64,000 nt of DNA from Synechococcus sp. (GTDB taxonomy: Bacteria; Cyanobacteriota; Cyanobacteriia; PCC-6307; Cyanobiaceae): NCBI GenBank assembly GCA_047284725.1, contig JBJBEO010000001.1, positions 384,001-448,000 on the forward strand. The letters run 5' to 3'. Made by a program: the position numbers and the translations under genes. A model generated the notes under the pieces. That model was not told the DNA's origin and ran no database searches. It worked only from the letters and a program-made list of their open reading frames with translations. Within the stretch, counting starts at the first letter, position 1. The number at the start of each line of letters is the position of its first letter. Below, piece by piece: positions 1 through 9,498 of this stretch.

Positions 1-91
1 AGTCGTCACTGTTCACATCTGACTCGGATGGAGTCATCCTTTTTGCCTCGTTGATGGCTAGATCAGAAGAGACGCATGCACCAATGAGGCG

Positions 92-433
92 ATGAATCGA
101 GGGTTTGGATGGATGGTTGGCCTGATCACCATGGCTGGTTTCATGGGTTTACCCGCTAAGGCGGACAGCACTGTGGCTTACTGCAGCCTGTCGGTGCATG
201 ACCACACCGTTGCCCCCACTCCTCTGGAGGCGTGCAATTTCTCTCAGTACCAGGGCAATGCCTACGTGAGGACAGCAGACGGTAAGCAGTATGAGTTCCC
301 TTACAAGGACCAGGACAAGACGTTCAGGCGGATGGCCACGGGAGACTTTTTGCGGTTCACCAAAGAAGGTGAGTACAGCTTGACGGTGATGTGGCCATCC
401 CCAGCCATTCGCTGCAAGCGGACTGACTTGTGA
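92..433 (+). CDS. Secreted hypothetical protein, paralog of 40754..41116
   Basis: Signal peptide ending AKA-D. Shares the C..S.HD, C.F.Q..GN.Y and F.RFT.EG.Y.LTV motifs with the element copy. Confidence 0.75.
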   Translation: MNRGFGWMVGLITMAGFMGLPAKADSTVAYCSLSVHDHTVAPTPLEACNFSQYQGNAYVRTADGKQYEFPYKDQDKTFRRMATGDFLRFTKEGEYSLTVMWPSPAIRCKRTDL

Positions 434-465
434 TCGCCTTTGTGACGAACAGCTGATCTGCTGGG

Positions 466-512
466 TCTGAGCATCGTCTGCCAGGCCTCGAAGGTCTACA
501 ACCTGAGCATGC
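466..512 (-). pseudogene. DUF1651 C-terminal remnant, imperfect repeat of 1550..1596
   Basis: The minus strand around here reads RMLRL*TFEAWQTMLR, which aligns with RMLRHNAIDTWNRMLK of 12588..12860. It has an in-frame stop. Confidence 0.5.
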
Positions 513-878
513 GACTAACAATTGGGCTCTCAGAGTTCAGGTGAGATGACGATGGTTTTCAGAGGTTGTCTGTGGTCTTCTGACGCGTCCTGGTGGTCGT
601 TGAGAGTTCTTCTCCATCGAATGCGGGCTGAGCTCACTTTTTAACCCTGTGCTCCGTAACTGACTGTGTTTGGTGCTTGTTTGTATTTTGATGGATTGTG
701 GGCAGGGTCGTCGTTGTTGGAATGCGCATGGAGAAATCCGATCTTTGCTCGATAAAGACATCATTTTCTTCTGCGAATTCGGTCGTCAACTTTGCTCGCC
801 TCTAGCATGCATTGGATTGCAATGAGGCAGTTGCAGCTGTGCTGCCCTTTGCTCGGCTGGCGTTAGGATTGTGGTGTA

Positions 879-1283
879 ATGATCCTAAAGTTGGCTGTGG
901 GTGAATTAAGAGGTGCAACAAGGCTGGTTCCAGAAAATTCCGTCACCTGCAGTCTTGGCTTGAAGGGCAGGAATGATATTGCCGCCGATATTGTTAATTT
1001 CAGTCGTGGTGGTTTGTGCTTGAAATGCAAGGAGTGGGTCGATGTTTGCCAAGGCGAAAAAATAACAGTCTTTCTAGCTGCCCATGAATCTTCAATCGAG
1101 CATCGCTTTGATGCAACGGTCCGTTGGATTCAGAATGACGACCTCGTCTGTCTTGTTATTGGCTGTGAGTTTTCCGGTTTAGGTGTTGAAGATTTAAGCG
1201 TGCTATCAAAATTATTTGGGTTGTCTGAAGAGTTTGTTGATCCTGTTACTGGCCTTTCTTGGATTTCATCGGAAGCTGGTTAG
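879..1283 (+). CDS. PilZ domain protein
   Basis: RGATR and NFSRGG motifs (RxxxR, D/NxSxxG) plus ATVRW...IGCEF. Confidence 0.7.
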   Translation: MILKLAVGELRGATRLVPENSVTCSLGLKGRNDIAADIVNFSRGGLCLKCKEWVDVCQGEKITVFLAAHESSIEHRFDATVRWIQNDDLVCLVIGCEFSGLGVEDLSVLSKLFGLSEEFVDPVTGLSWISSEAG

Positions 1284-1549
1284 CGATATTTTTGGCTCGC
1301 TGATGAGCTGTCGTTCTCTGGGAATGAAGTTTGTGAGCTATTTGTCCTTCTATAGATGATGGCTTTATGTGCAGCCATCTATTTTCCCTAATCCCTCCTT
1401 TTTTATTTTGATGTGGCCAGCACGTTCGCGTTACTCATCCACTGTGGTCTGCTTTAAAAACCCTTGCCCACCCAAGCAATACCGCTGAAATAATGGATCG
1501 CAGTTCTGGCTAGATCCTGTCCTTCCATCTTCATTTGATGTCATGCATT

Positions 1550-1596
1550 TCTGACCATCATCTGCCAGGCCTCGAAGGCGATGTGGCTGAGCCTGC
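1550..1596 (-). pseudogene. Second DUF1651-like remnant
   Basis: Reads GRLSHIAFEAWQMMVR. An 18-bp core, tctgccaggcctcgaagg, is identical to 477..494. Confidence 0.45.
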
Positions 1597-1792
1597 CGCA
1601 AACAACACTTCCCTGCACTGCCCAGAAACGTCCCATCACCAAACAGATCTCAAGGATGTCCATCATGATCGTTGATTGTGAAATGTTGACCACTCCCGGC
1701 CAAGTCTCTGAATCAAGGAATCCAAAGAGATTCAAGGGCTGCGCGTGCCAATTCAAGCGACGATTTAGCCTGTCGGTGGATGCTACAGATGG

Positions 1793-1975
1793 ATGACGCA
1801 GGAGCAGTATGAAGGGCTTGTCTTGGCCATTGGTCGGATTGGTGATTTGTTAGAACAAATCGACTCAAGACTGGAAGATATTGACGCAAAGCTCAGCCAT
1901 CAAAACGATAACTTGTTGTACGATTTTGGACCAAAATTGGATGAAATAAGCTCAAGATTGCTTTTTACGAGTTAA
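1793..1975 (+). CDS. Small coiled-coil hypothetical protein
   Basis: ATG start and heptad-like pattern (LEQIDSRLEDIDAKL). Confidence 0.5.
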   Translation: MTQEQYEGLVLAIGRIGDLLEQIDSRLEDIDAKLSHQNDNLLYDFGPKLDEISSRLLFTS

Positions 1976-2217
1976 AGATGGTTGATGTCAAGGCAAGCTG
2001 CTGGGCGGCTTGTGTGAATTTCTGAAATCATCCAAGACTCAATGATCCCTCCTCTTTGTTTAGGTAGGCGTATCTGGGAATGGCTGGTCGAATGCTGGGC
2101 GTTGATACTTCATACAATCTCAAGGCCTAGCCCCTTCCCATCCACTGCTCGGCGCAGTCTGACGATGCGATGATTCAGGTAGCGAAGGATCACGCTGAAT
2201 TGCCTTGCTAGCGGCGT

Positions 2218-2730
2218 ATGCACTTCTTGATCCTGATCTGGCTCGTCTGGTTCGCTAGCAGCTTTTATTGCGCGATCCTCGCGAAGGGAAAGGGGTATGC
2301 CCCAATCCTTGCGGGATTAGGGGGAACGTGGTTTGGTCTGCTCGGAGTGATTGCCCTCCTCGTTGGTGGATTCGGTGGGGTTCTGTTGGGAATCATGGGC
2401 GCGGTTGTCGTGTTTCATTTCCCTGACCGCAATCAACTGGGTGGACTCGAACGTGGCAAAGATCCAGGTCTGCTGCCTGCTCCCGAAGTCAATCCATCTG
2501 TCGCAGAAAGCCTTGGCTTCCATCTCAGGCATCCTGCGCGCGGCAGCACGGCAAGTCGAGGTAGTGTCAACGAACGCTTCGGACCAACCATTCCTGCTCA
2601 GAACACGAAAAAGCAGCTCAGGCTGCAAAAAGATCTGATTTACTACCGGAATTTGTATGAAAGGGGGATGATCTCAAAGCAGGAACACGATAAGTACAGG
2701 AAAATTGCGATCGACAAGAGTCTCTCCTGA
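2218..2730 (+). CDS. Membrane protein with a SHOCT-like C-terminus
   Basis: Hydrophobic N-terminal helices. C-terminal LYERGMISKQEHDKYRK resembles SHOCT. Confidence 0.65.
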   Translation: MHFLILIWLVWFASSFYCAILAKGKGYAPILAGLGGTWFGLLGVIALLVGGFGGVLLGIMGAVVVFHFPDRNQLGGLERGKDPGLLPAPEVNPSVAESLGFHLRHPARGSTASRGSVNERFGPTIPAQNTKKQLRLQKDLIYYRNLYERGMISKQEHDKYRKIAIDKSLS

Positions 2731-2852
2731 TGCTGATCGCTCAACAGACCGTTCCCATTGGTTGTTCTTTGACCATGCCCTCAGCTGGTTTGCGTGCAAG
2801 AACGTCACGCTCCTGGTCGGCCCCACTGTGTTTGAGGGATTGGTTGCCCACG

Positions 2853-2877
2853 AAAAAAGCCCCGCCGAAGCGGGGCT
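2853..2877 (-). terminator. Intrinsic terminator of the DUF4278 gene
   Basis: agccccgc-cgaa-gcggggct hairpin followed by a U-run on the minus strand. Confidence 0.85.
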
Positions 2878-2898
2878 GATCGCATCACCGGTGGGTGA

Positions 2899-3060
2899 TC
2901 ACTTGGAGAAGCGAGCACCACGGTAGGTGCCCACATGATGGGTGTTCGTCACTGCAGCCTTGTGTTGGCCGTAGTGCTGACCGCGATAAGTGAGTTGAAC
3001 ATTGCCAGCAGCTGAAGTGCTGTGCTGTGCGTACTGCTGCCCGCGATAGGTCAGTGTCAT
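2899..3060 (-). CDS. DUF4278 family small protein (53 aa, absent from the ORF track)
   Basis: Translated by hand: MTLTYRGQQYAQHSTSAAGNVQLTYRGQHYGQHKAAVTNTHHVGTYRGARFSK, with three TYRG repeats. Confidence 0.9.
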   Translation of the reverse strand: MTLTYRGQQYAQHSTSAAGNVQLTYRGQHYGQHKAAVTNTHHVGTYRGARFSK

Positions 3061-3079
3061 TGAAGGTTCCTCGAAGCAA

Positions 3080-3139
3080 GTTCAGGTCCCCGTTCCATGG
3101 CCTGAATCGAACTGCGCCTCCCCGATGAGGAGGTGAACG
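3080..3139 (-). promoter_or_regulatory. Glutamine-II riboswitch (Downstream-peptide RNA motif)
   Basis: Minus strand reads CGTTCACCTCCTCATCGGGGAGGCGCAGTTCGATTCAGGCCATGGAACGGGGACCTGAAC. This matches the motif as I recall it and lies directly upstream of a DUF4278 gene. Confidence 0.9.
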
Positions 3140-3142
3140 TCG

Positions 3143-3168
3143 GTAGCAATTGCTACAAGCTCTTTATA
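3143..3168 (-). promoter_or_regulatory. NtcA box (GTA-N8-TAC) just downstream of a TATAAA -10 element, probably repressive
   Basis: Perfect palindrome GTAGCAATTGCTAC at 3143..3156. TATAAA on the minus strand at 3163..3168. Confidence 0.7.
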
Positions 3169-3339
3169 GATGACTTGTTGACTTCGCGGTCGTTCGCAGG
3201 GATACAAATCGGTTGGATGGCGTCCCCTGTTGTTGTGGAGGGAGTCCAGAGACAGTGTTGTCATGCTTGCGCTCATGCTGCTCCACCCACCAAGTCACAA
3301 CAGCTCGCCCGAGCAGAATGGCGTTCCCTGCGCGTCTTC

Positions 3340-3981
3340 ATGCGGAGAGAACGGCGAAATCATGGCTTGCGCTGGCTTTGCTGTTTGCTGCTCTGGGGTG
3401 TCGTTGGTGGACCGGTCCATGCTGCGACTGTGCTGTCTGTTGGCGATGGGGACACGATCAGAGTGCGTGAGGCTGGCAAGGCCATCACGATCCGTTTGGC
3501 CTGCATCGACGCGCCCGAGATGTCCCAGCGTCCTGACGGCTTGCGTTCTCGATCGGCACTGAGTCGACTTGTCCCCATTGGTTCTGAGGTGTCCCTGCGT
3601 GCGCTGACGGTTGATCGCTACGGCAGGACTGTGGCCGAGCTTCTGAGCTTCCGCGGAAACATCAACCAATGGATGGTGGGCAGTGGCCAGGCATTCGTGG
3701 ATCGCAAGTACCTGGAGCAGTGCGATGCACAGCAGTATCTCTCCCTGCAACGCCAGGCTCAAAACACCCGCGTTGGCGTGTGGTCAAGCGGAGCCTCAGG
3801 TATCACTCGCCCCTGGGATTACAGGCGGTCTCGCCGGGGGGGCCAGCAGCGGACTGGTTCGTCTCGCCGATGGCGTTGTGCAGACATCGGCTCATGGCAT
3901 CAAGCACAGCGACGTCTGACGCAAGGTCATGCCTACCTCGATGGGGATGGAGACGGGGAAGCGTGCGAATCGCTTCGGTAA
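3340..3981 (+). CDS. Secreted thermonuclease (SNase) with a C-terminal Excalibur-like Ca-binding motif
   Basis: GDGDT, IRLACIDAPE and DRYGRTVAE motifs. C-terminal YLDGDGDGEACE. Start position uncertain. Confidence 0.88.
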   Translation: MRRERRNHGLRWLCCLLLWGVVGGPVHAATVLSVGDGDTIRVREAGKAITIRLACIDAPEMSQRPDGLRSRSALSRLVPIGSEVSLRALTVDRYGRTVAELLSFRGNINQWMVGSGQAFVDRKYLEQCDAQQYLSLQRQAQNTRVGVWSSGASGITRPWDYRRSRRGGQQRTGSSRRWRCADIGSWHQAQRRLTQGHAYLDGDGDGEACESLR

Positions 3982-4042
3982 TCCCAACGCATTTCGAGAA
4001 ACCTCGTTGTGGTTTTGACTCGTGTTGTCTTGACTGGCCCTG

Positions 4043-4657
4043 TCATTCTTCGTCTGAACAAAGCTCGTTGTAGATGTCGCTTAAACGCCTGCCATTGAAT
4101 GTAAAAAAGGCGGAGCCACGGATCCGTCGATCAATGCCAAGCCAGGTTTGAGCAAGTCGCATCATCGTCCAAGGCTCTCCTTCATACTCAACGCGATACT
4201 GGTCAACCACAGTGCAGGCTTGTGGCCCATCGGTGAACTTCAGTGTTGATCCAATGGGGACTCCGAGTTCCAAAAAGTTCAAACGTGGTCGCCGTGCTTT
4301 TTTAAAGCGTTTTGCTGCATCTCTTGCATCAGCATCAACCTGCTCGGCTTCCTTTTGAACAGCCGGCGTGACATCTTCGAGTGCCATAAATTCCAGCAGT
4401 GCGATGGCTTGTTCCGGCTCAATGCTGAAAAATTCTCGTTTGGGGTTCACCCTGTAAGGGCCAAAGGCTTGATGAAATGCCCTTTCGATCTTCCCTTCAT
4501 CTCCAACACGACCCGCATAAGCGCACTCAAATGGAAGTGGCACTCCAGTGGAATACAACTCGCCTAAGCGAGCCTCCATGGCACGGGATGTGCGGCCAAT
4601 TTTGACCATGCCAGGCATGGCCGGATTGATCAGAACGTAGACGATGCCTTCTGCCAT
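4043..4657 (-). CDS. GIY-YIG (T5orf172-like) nuclease with an extra C-terminal domain
   Basis: GIVYVLINPAMPGMVKIGRT...R..EL...TGVPLPF...E..FH...RVNPKREFF. Confidence 0.85.
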   Translation of the reverse strand: MAEGIVYVLINPAMPGMVKIGRTSRAMEARLGELYSTGVPLPFECAYAGRVGDEGKIERAFHQAFGPYRVNPKREFFSIEPEQAIALLEFMALEDVTPAVQKEAEQVDADARDAAKRFKKARRPRLNFLELGVPIGSTLKFTDGPQACTVVDQYRVEYEGEPWTMMRLAQTWLGIDRRIRGSAFFTFNGRRLSDIYNELCSDEE

Positions 4658-4732
4658 GACAGTAGTTTGGCAAGGGTGACATCGATTGGACAGCCAACTA
4701 AGAACCGCCCAATCAAGCAGTTGTGGGGCCAG

Positions 4733-4759
4733 AAAAAACGCCCCTGTCTCAAGGGGGCG
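4733..4759 (-). terminator. Intrinsic terminator, 24/27 identical to the one at 38409..38435
   Basis: Minus strand CGCCCCCTTGAGACAGGGGCGTTTTTT. Confidence 0.75.
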
Positions 4760-5109
4760 TTGATGTCCGTGTTCGGGACATCGGTTTTTAACCGAGCCCC
4801 ATCACCTTGGTCTGTGCCATTGCATACGCAATGCCGTCACTGGGCTCATGAGTGGATCTGTTGGCAAACCCGGCCATCGCGCAACTGCTGGTTGCCTGAC
4901 AAGATCCCCCAAGTGGGGGATGTGAATCAGAGCAGGAGGGCAGAGAGTTCTGTTAGTTCAACACAAGGGGAGAGCCATCAAACGAGCGCATGAGGTTGTC
5001 CTCATGGCCGAGATCCGTCGGCTACACAACGTTGGACGGTGGCCTTTCGCACGGATCGCCGAATACGTCGGAAATGGCCTGCCATGATTTTTGAGATGGA
5101 GATCACTCG

Positions 5110-5292
5110 ATGACAAGCCAATTTCTACCTGCTGAAATGAGAGATGCGATGGATCACTGGGAAGAAGCCTATGTGTTGGCATCGATCCGCTCTCTACATC
5201 GCGACTATCAAGTCCCCCTTGAATGTATCCTTGCGTTGATTAAGAGGGTGCAAGGCATGTCCGCCAATGAGTTGGTGAAACTTCTGGTATGA
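5110..5292 (+). CDS. Small hypothetical protein
   Basis: ATG start with ggag upstream and a plausible helical composition. Confidence 0.45.
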   Translation: MTSQFLPAEMRDAMDHWEEAYVLASIRSLHRDYQVPLECILALIKRVQGMSANELVKLLV

Positions 5293-5552
5293 GGCGACAA
5301 CTAGGGTGTCATTGGATTGAATCAGGGCCTGATCAGGTGATTGGAGTGGATGCGACGCCAGATGTAGGCTCGGCAAGTTCATCCAAATGATGCAAGCCTG
5401 CTGGTGAATGATTGGAGGTATTTCCTTTGGCACCTTTTCCAGCTGCTCTCCAGAATCGCTGCCCGTTTGTTCGCAGGATTGAATGAACCGACGGATTTGC
5501 CTCAGCGGCTGCTGATGGCTAAGGTTGGTGAATATTTTGCTCTTGCACTCCA

Positions 5553-5900
5553 ATGACTCGAAGTCACGCAAAGCCAGGCGTAGTGCTCTGGGCAAAGCTG
5601 TATATGGGTGCAATGTCTGCACTGTATTTCGTTCTGCTGCTTCTCTCGCCTTTCATGTTGATGTCGGGTGATGAAGAGGCTGTCATTTACGGTTTTGTGT
5701 TTATCTTCGTTGGCATTCCATGCGCAATCCTCTCGGCGATCCCCATTTTTCTTGCTCCTAAGCCATGGGTTTGGGTCTGGATTTTGATTGTCATTGCCTT
5801 TGGTATGACGAGTGTTTGTTGCTTGCCGGTGACTGTGCCGCTTCTGATCTTTTGGATCAAACCTGAGACCAAGCGCTATTACGGTCAAATCACCGCCTGA
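5553..5900 (+). CDS. Small integral membrane protein
   Basis: Three to four hydrophobic segments. C-terminal WIKPETKRYYG. Confidence 0.7.
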   Translation: MTRSHAKPGVVLWAKLYMGAMSALYFVLLLLSPFMLMSGDEEAVIYGFVFIFVGIPCAILSAIPIFLAPKPWVWVWILIVIAFGMTSVCCLPVTVPLLIFWIKPETKRYYGQITA

Positions 5901-5948
5901 ATCTTGGGCGTTTCTCAGTTTTCCGTTTTTATAATGATCTGAACACGA

Positions 5949-6128
5949 TTACAGTCGGCCATCGTTGAATCGAGCTTTGATCCGGTTGTAAGGGACTTCC
6001 CAGTCGTCGCCCAGTAAGGTCTGGCGATGCATCTTGATGGTTCCAACCGAAATAATCACTCCCAGTAAGGAGAAAATGATCAAGAAGGCGCGAAGCCTTT
6101 GAGTGCAAGTGACTTGTGATTGGCTCAT
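5949..6128 (-). CDS. Small single-TM hypothetical protein
   Basis: Start MSQSQ and one transmembrane helix. Confidence 0.45.
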   Translation of the reverse strand: MSQSQVTCTQRLRAFLIIFSLLGVIISVGTIKMHRQTLLGDDWEVPYNRIKARFNDGRL

Positions 6129-6398
6129 TGCAGCCAGGCTAAGCATGCCGGCCCCTTGTTGCTCCTCACGTCGCATGGGGAGTGACATGATCACGCTTCT
6201 GCAAGACTCTCGCTCCCTGGGAGTCGCTGACCATCAGCAAGCGTTCCCGATGATGCTTTGCCCTCTTGGCATCGGCCTCGAGGCTTCAACGCAGTTGTTC
6301 CTAGACGTCTTGGGTGATGCTTCTGGTTTGGATCGGCATGCTTGACTGACTGTTGGCCGATGACTAGCGTTGAAGAAACTTCTTCAGATTGAAGGCTC

Positions 6399-6773
6399 TT
6401 GAAAAAAGGTTTTGCTGTTCTTTGCATTGCTTGCGCTGGTCTTCTTGCTGGCTGCGCTCCCTCTCCCAAGTCGAGTATTGATAATTTTATTGGATCTGTC
6501 GAGAAAGGAAATCTGACCGAGGCGCAGAGCTACATTTCCAGCTCCATCAAAGGGATGTTGGGAGAATCAAAGCTGAAGCAGGCTCTGGCCGAGAAGTCAG
6601 AAGAGATGGCTGAATGCGGTGGGGTGAAGTCGATTGATGTGGACCTGAAGGGAGAGGGTGAGTATCGAACAGGTACGTACACGGTTCATTACAAGGGAGA
6701 TTGCGCTCCTGAAGATAATGAGGTGAAGCTGGTGAAAGAAGACGGAAAGTGGAAGCTTGGTGTCAATAAATAA
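6399..6773 (+). CDS. DUF4878-like (NTF2-like) lipoprotein
   Basis: Lipobox LAGC. C-terminal KLVKEDGKWKL. Confidence 0.8.
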   Translation: MKKGFAVLCIACAGLLAGCAPSPKSSIDNFIGSVEKGNLTEAQSYISSSIKGMLGESKLKQALAEKSEEMAECGGVKSIDVDLKGEGEYRTGTYTVHYKGDCAPEDNEVKLVKEDGKWKLGVNK

Positions 6774-7431
6774 GCGATTGCTTGGCCTGGCGAGTCTGCC
6801 TTTGTTTGCGATTGGTTTGCTGTGTGTTGAAACATCTTATCCTCCAAAATCCGAAGTTAATCCTCTGCCGAGGACTTATCCCGCCACGCTTCAAGAGGGA
6901 GATCTTGTTTTCAGCGCTGGCAGAGATGCGTTGTCGACGATTGTGTTATCCCATCGCGAGGGTACGTTGTTCTCGCATGTTGGCATGCTGGTCAAGGGGA
7001 AGCGGGGATGGTCGGTTGTTCATGCCACTCCGGGTGATTTTGAGTCGCATGGGGGAGTGCGCCTGGAGTTGCTTGATGTCTTTACTGCTTCGCAAAGTGT
7101 CTCTGAAATTGGCTTTTACAGGGTCGTTGGCTTGTCCATGAAGCAGCGTATTGAGATGAAGCGGTATTTGTATTCACAGCTCGATAAGCCTTTCGATTTC
7201 AGCTTTCACTATTCCGATGATGCTTCTCAATACTGCACTGAGTTGGTCTTGAAAGCGTTGCGTTCGGCGGGGCTTGACCTTGAGCCGACTATGAGCCGGG
7301 TTGATGTCTTCCTGATCCCTGAGGCTGCGATTCCCCCTGATAGTTTGTTGGCATCACAGCGGCTTCGTGCATTGCCTGTTCAGTCGTCTGTTTCGGCAAT
7401 TGACCCTATTCAGCAACGTGAGATCAATTGA
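6757..7431 (+). CDS. Permuted papain-like amidase (YiiX/YebB NlpC/P60 family)
   Basis: LQEGDLVF, FSHVG and YCTELV: His precedes Cys, as in the permuted family. Confidence 0.85.
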   Translation: MVSINKRLLGLASLPLFAIGLLCVETSYPPKSEVNPLPRTYPATLQEGDLVFSAGRDALSTIVLSHREGTLFSHVGMLVKGKRGWSVVHATPGDFESHGGVRLELLDVFTASQSVSEIGFYRVVGLSMKQRIEMKRYLYSQLDKPFDFSFHYSDDASQYCTELVLKALRSAGLDLEPTMSRVDVFLIPEAAIPPDSLLASQRLRALPVQSSVSAIDPIQQREIN

Positions 7432-7501
7432 CACTTTCTGGATGAATTACTCAGTGCGTGGTGCTTTGGGGCATGGGTGGATGGGAGCTGAATGGCAAAA
7501 G

Positions 7502-8947
7502 CTACCGAATGCTCTTCATTAGTTGTTCTGCCATCGTGCATGGCTGAGAGCGTCGCCCTCCAGTCAACTGTTGGCAGCGTTTCAGATCAAGCTTTGACTT
7601 GTTTTTTTGTCCTTGTAAGGCGTACGCCAGGCTTCTTAGGGCATACAGATGATGTTGAAAGCCATGGAAGGCCATTGCATGTTCTGCTGCATTCATGTCT
7701 TGTTGCTCAAGTTGGTAGCGTTTGGCGGCTTCTGCAGCAACGATTTTCTTTGACCGAACACAAAAAGAGTATTCCTGCGTCTCTTCGATTCTCGACTGAT
7801 CATCTGATGACAGGCCCATGCCATACGGTGACGGATAGAAAGATCTCATTTGCCGCTTGTGCTCAATCTGCTCCCGGCATTGCGGTTCATGACTCAACAC
7901 ATCTCTGAAGGGTTCCATCACTTCTTTCTCATAGGCTTCTCTCTTTTGAGCCATCAGCTGTCTGTGCTCAGTCACGCCACGATCAATCGCGTTCGTCAGG
8001 CTGAGGATGGATCGGTCGATCTGTCCTGTTGACAGTTGGTAAGCGCCCTGAAGGGCCAGGCCCACAGAGCTTTCAGACGTGGTGACGTAGGCAGGGCTTG
8101 ATCTGGCGTTGATCCAAACACTGACTGGAACTGCAAGCCCATAGCCAGTCCTGATCGAATCTGGGCTGCCGAGTCTTGAGATGGTATCGACCTGGCCATG
8201 GATTCCTACGACATAACCATTCCGATTCAACACGGGCCCTCCACTCATGCCGGTTTCGGTGCGGTTGTCTTGGTCATAGTGGTACATAATTGCGTATCCA
8301 CGCGACCTGTTGACTGCTGAGTAACTCTGCATAATTGCATTCGCTTTGACTCCTCTAGGCCTCTGAGAGGCTTCTGGGTAGCCAATGATATAAACATCTT
8401 CCTGAAAAGATGTCACTTTTCTCTTTGCCAAGTAAGCCTCGCTGAGGCTTCTTGCTAAAGGCAATGATGGCAGGCACTGATTGTTGTGGTTGATGATGAT
8501 CAGTTCGGCCAGGTCATTGCCTTGAAAGACGGTGATCGATTTCACGGCGTGTCGAACGCCATGAGCGGTTTCGACCCAGAGCTCGCTCGGTCTGTTCCCT
8601 TCAATGACGTGGGCCGCGGTGAGCACGGTGCTGAATGCTCCGCTGGAGGCAATCACTGTTCCTGAGCCAGACGTGCCTTGGGTTTGGATTTTGACAATGG
8701 ACTGGCTTAACTCAGTCGGTAGGACGTCACCTTGGGGAATGCCTGAATAGACAGGCTGTATTTGTGCGAAGTCTTTCAGCAGGGTGACCCCGTTCAGTGT
8801 TTGGGTCGTGTGGCTGATGAGGCGGTTGCTGTTCGGCCATGGGGTGCATCGACGCGCAGTCCTGTCCGCTGCAACGGCATGGGGAGCTTGCAGGAAGCAA
8901 GCCATGATGGCCTGAAACGCCAGGAACCTGATCAAGAACGCGTTCAT
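7502..8947 (-). CDS. Secreted trypsin-like serine protease with a TPR-like C-terminus
   Basis: GSGTVI, LTAAHV, DLA and TGMSGGP motifs. Signal peptide present. Confidence 0.85.
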   Translation of the reverse strand: MNAFLIRFLAFQAIMACFLQAPHAVAADRTARRCTPWPNSNRLISHTTQTLNGVTLLKDFAQIQPVYSGIPQGDVLPTELSQSIVKIQTQGTSGSGTVIASSGAFSTVLTAAHVIEGNRPSELWVETAHGVRHAVKSITVFQGNDLAELIIINHNNQCLPSLPLARSLSEAYLAKRKVTSFQEDVYIIGYPEASQRPRGVKANAIMQSYSAVNRSRGYAIMYHYDQDNRTETGMSGGPVLNRNGYVVGIHGQVDTISRLGSPDSIRTGYGLAVPVSVWINARSSPAYVTTSESSVGLALQGAYQLSTGQIDRSILSLTNAIDRGVTEHRQLMAQKREAYEKEVMEPFRDVLSHEPQCREQIEHKRQMRSFYPSPYGMGLSSDDQSRIEETQEYSFCVRSKKIVAAEAAKRYQLEQQDMNAAEHAMAFHGFQHHLYALRSLAYALQGQKNKSKLDLKRCQQLTGGRRSQPCTMAEQLMKSIR

Positions 8948-9002
8948 CGTCGCGAGTGTCTTCTTCCTCTGCAGGTTCTTCTCACGCCTTCGTCAGGTTG
9001 AT

Positions 9003-9155
9003 TCATTTTGAGGGGCGTTCCGCTCGCTTCAGCTTCAGCCACATCGCCTTCTCAAGCGCCGTCAGCTTTGGGGCCTTTTCGCTGAGCAGTGCACTGGCGC
9101 GTGCCTTGGCGTCGGCGATGTACCGAGTGGTTCGGTCGAGTTGATCAAATGACAT
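9003..9155 (-). CDS. Small hypothetical protein
   Basis: MSFDQLDRTTRYIADAKARA..., a plausible short helical protein. Confidence 0.45.
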   Translation of the reverse strand: MSFDQLDRTTRYIADAKARASALLSEKAPKLTALEKAMWLKLKRAERPSK

Positions 9156-9312
9156 CTTCAATGATCGGCAACCTACATGGAGTGGTAGCAACAAATCCAG
9201 GGTTTGGCTGTCATGTCCGCGTGCCCAGTGCTGCTGTGATTGGCTGTCAATAAACCTTTTTCGTCAATAAATCATGAACGACTCCACGGCTTCATCAGCG
9301 AGTGCCCTTGGC

Positions 9313-9498
9313 TTAATAGTGCTTCGCCTTGTTGTCGAGTGCATCGCTCTTGAAGCACTCGAGCTCTTCTGGCGTGTTCAGGCCTGTCTGATGTTGTCGG
9401 TGGTCGTTCTTGAACGATCTGATGGGGACGCGATTGACCACTGTCTTGGCTTGAAAGCGTGTCAAGACACGACGGAATGCTTGTCGGAGTGTCTTCAT
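9313..9498 (-). CDS. Small hypothetical protein
   Basis: 61-aa ORF with ATG start. Confidence 0.4.
   Translation of the reverse strand: MKTLRQAFRRVLTRFQAKTVVNRVPIRSFKNDHRQHQTGLNTPEELECFKSDALDNKAKHY

Noticed and set aside
4971..5087. Frame HEVVLMAEIRRLH resembling 5110..5292
   Set aside because: Similarity is short and there is no good start codon upstream of the similar segment.
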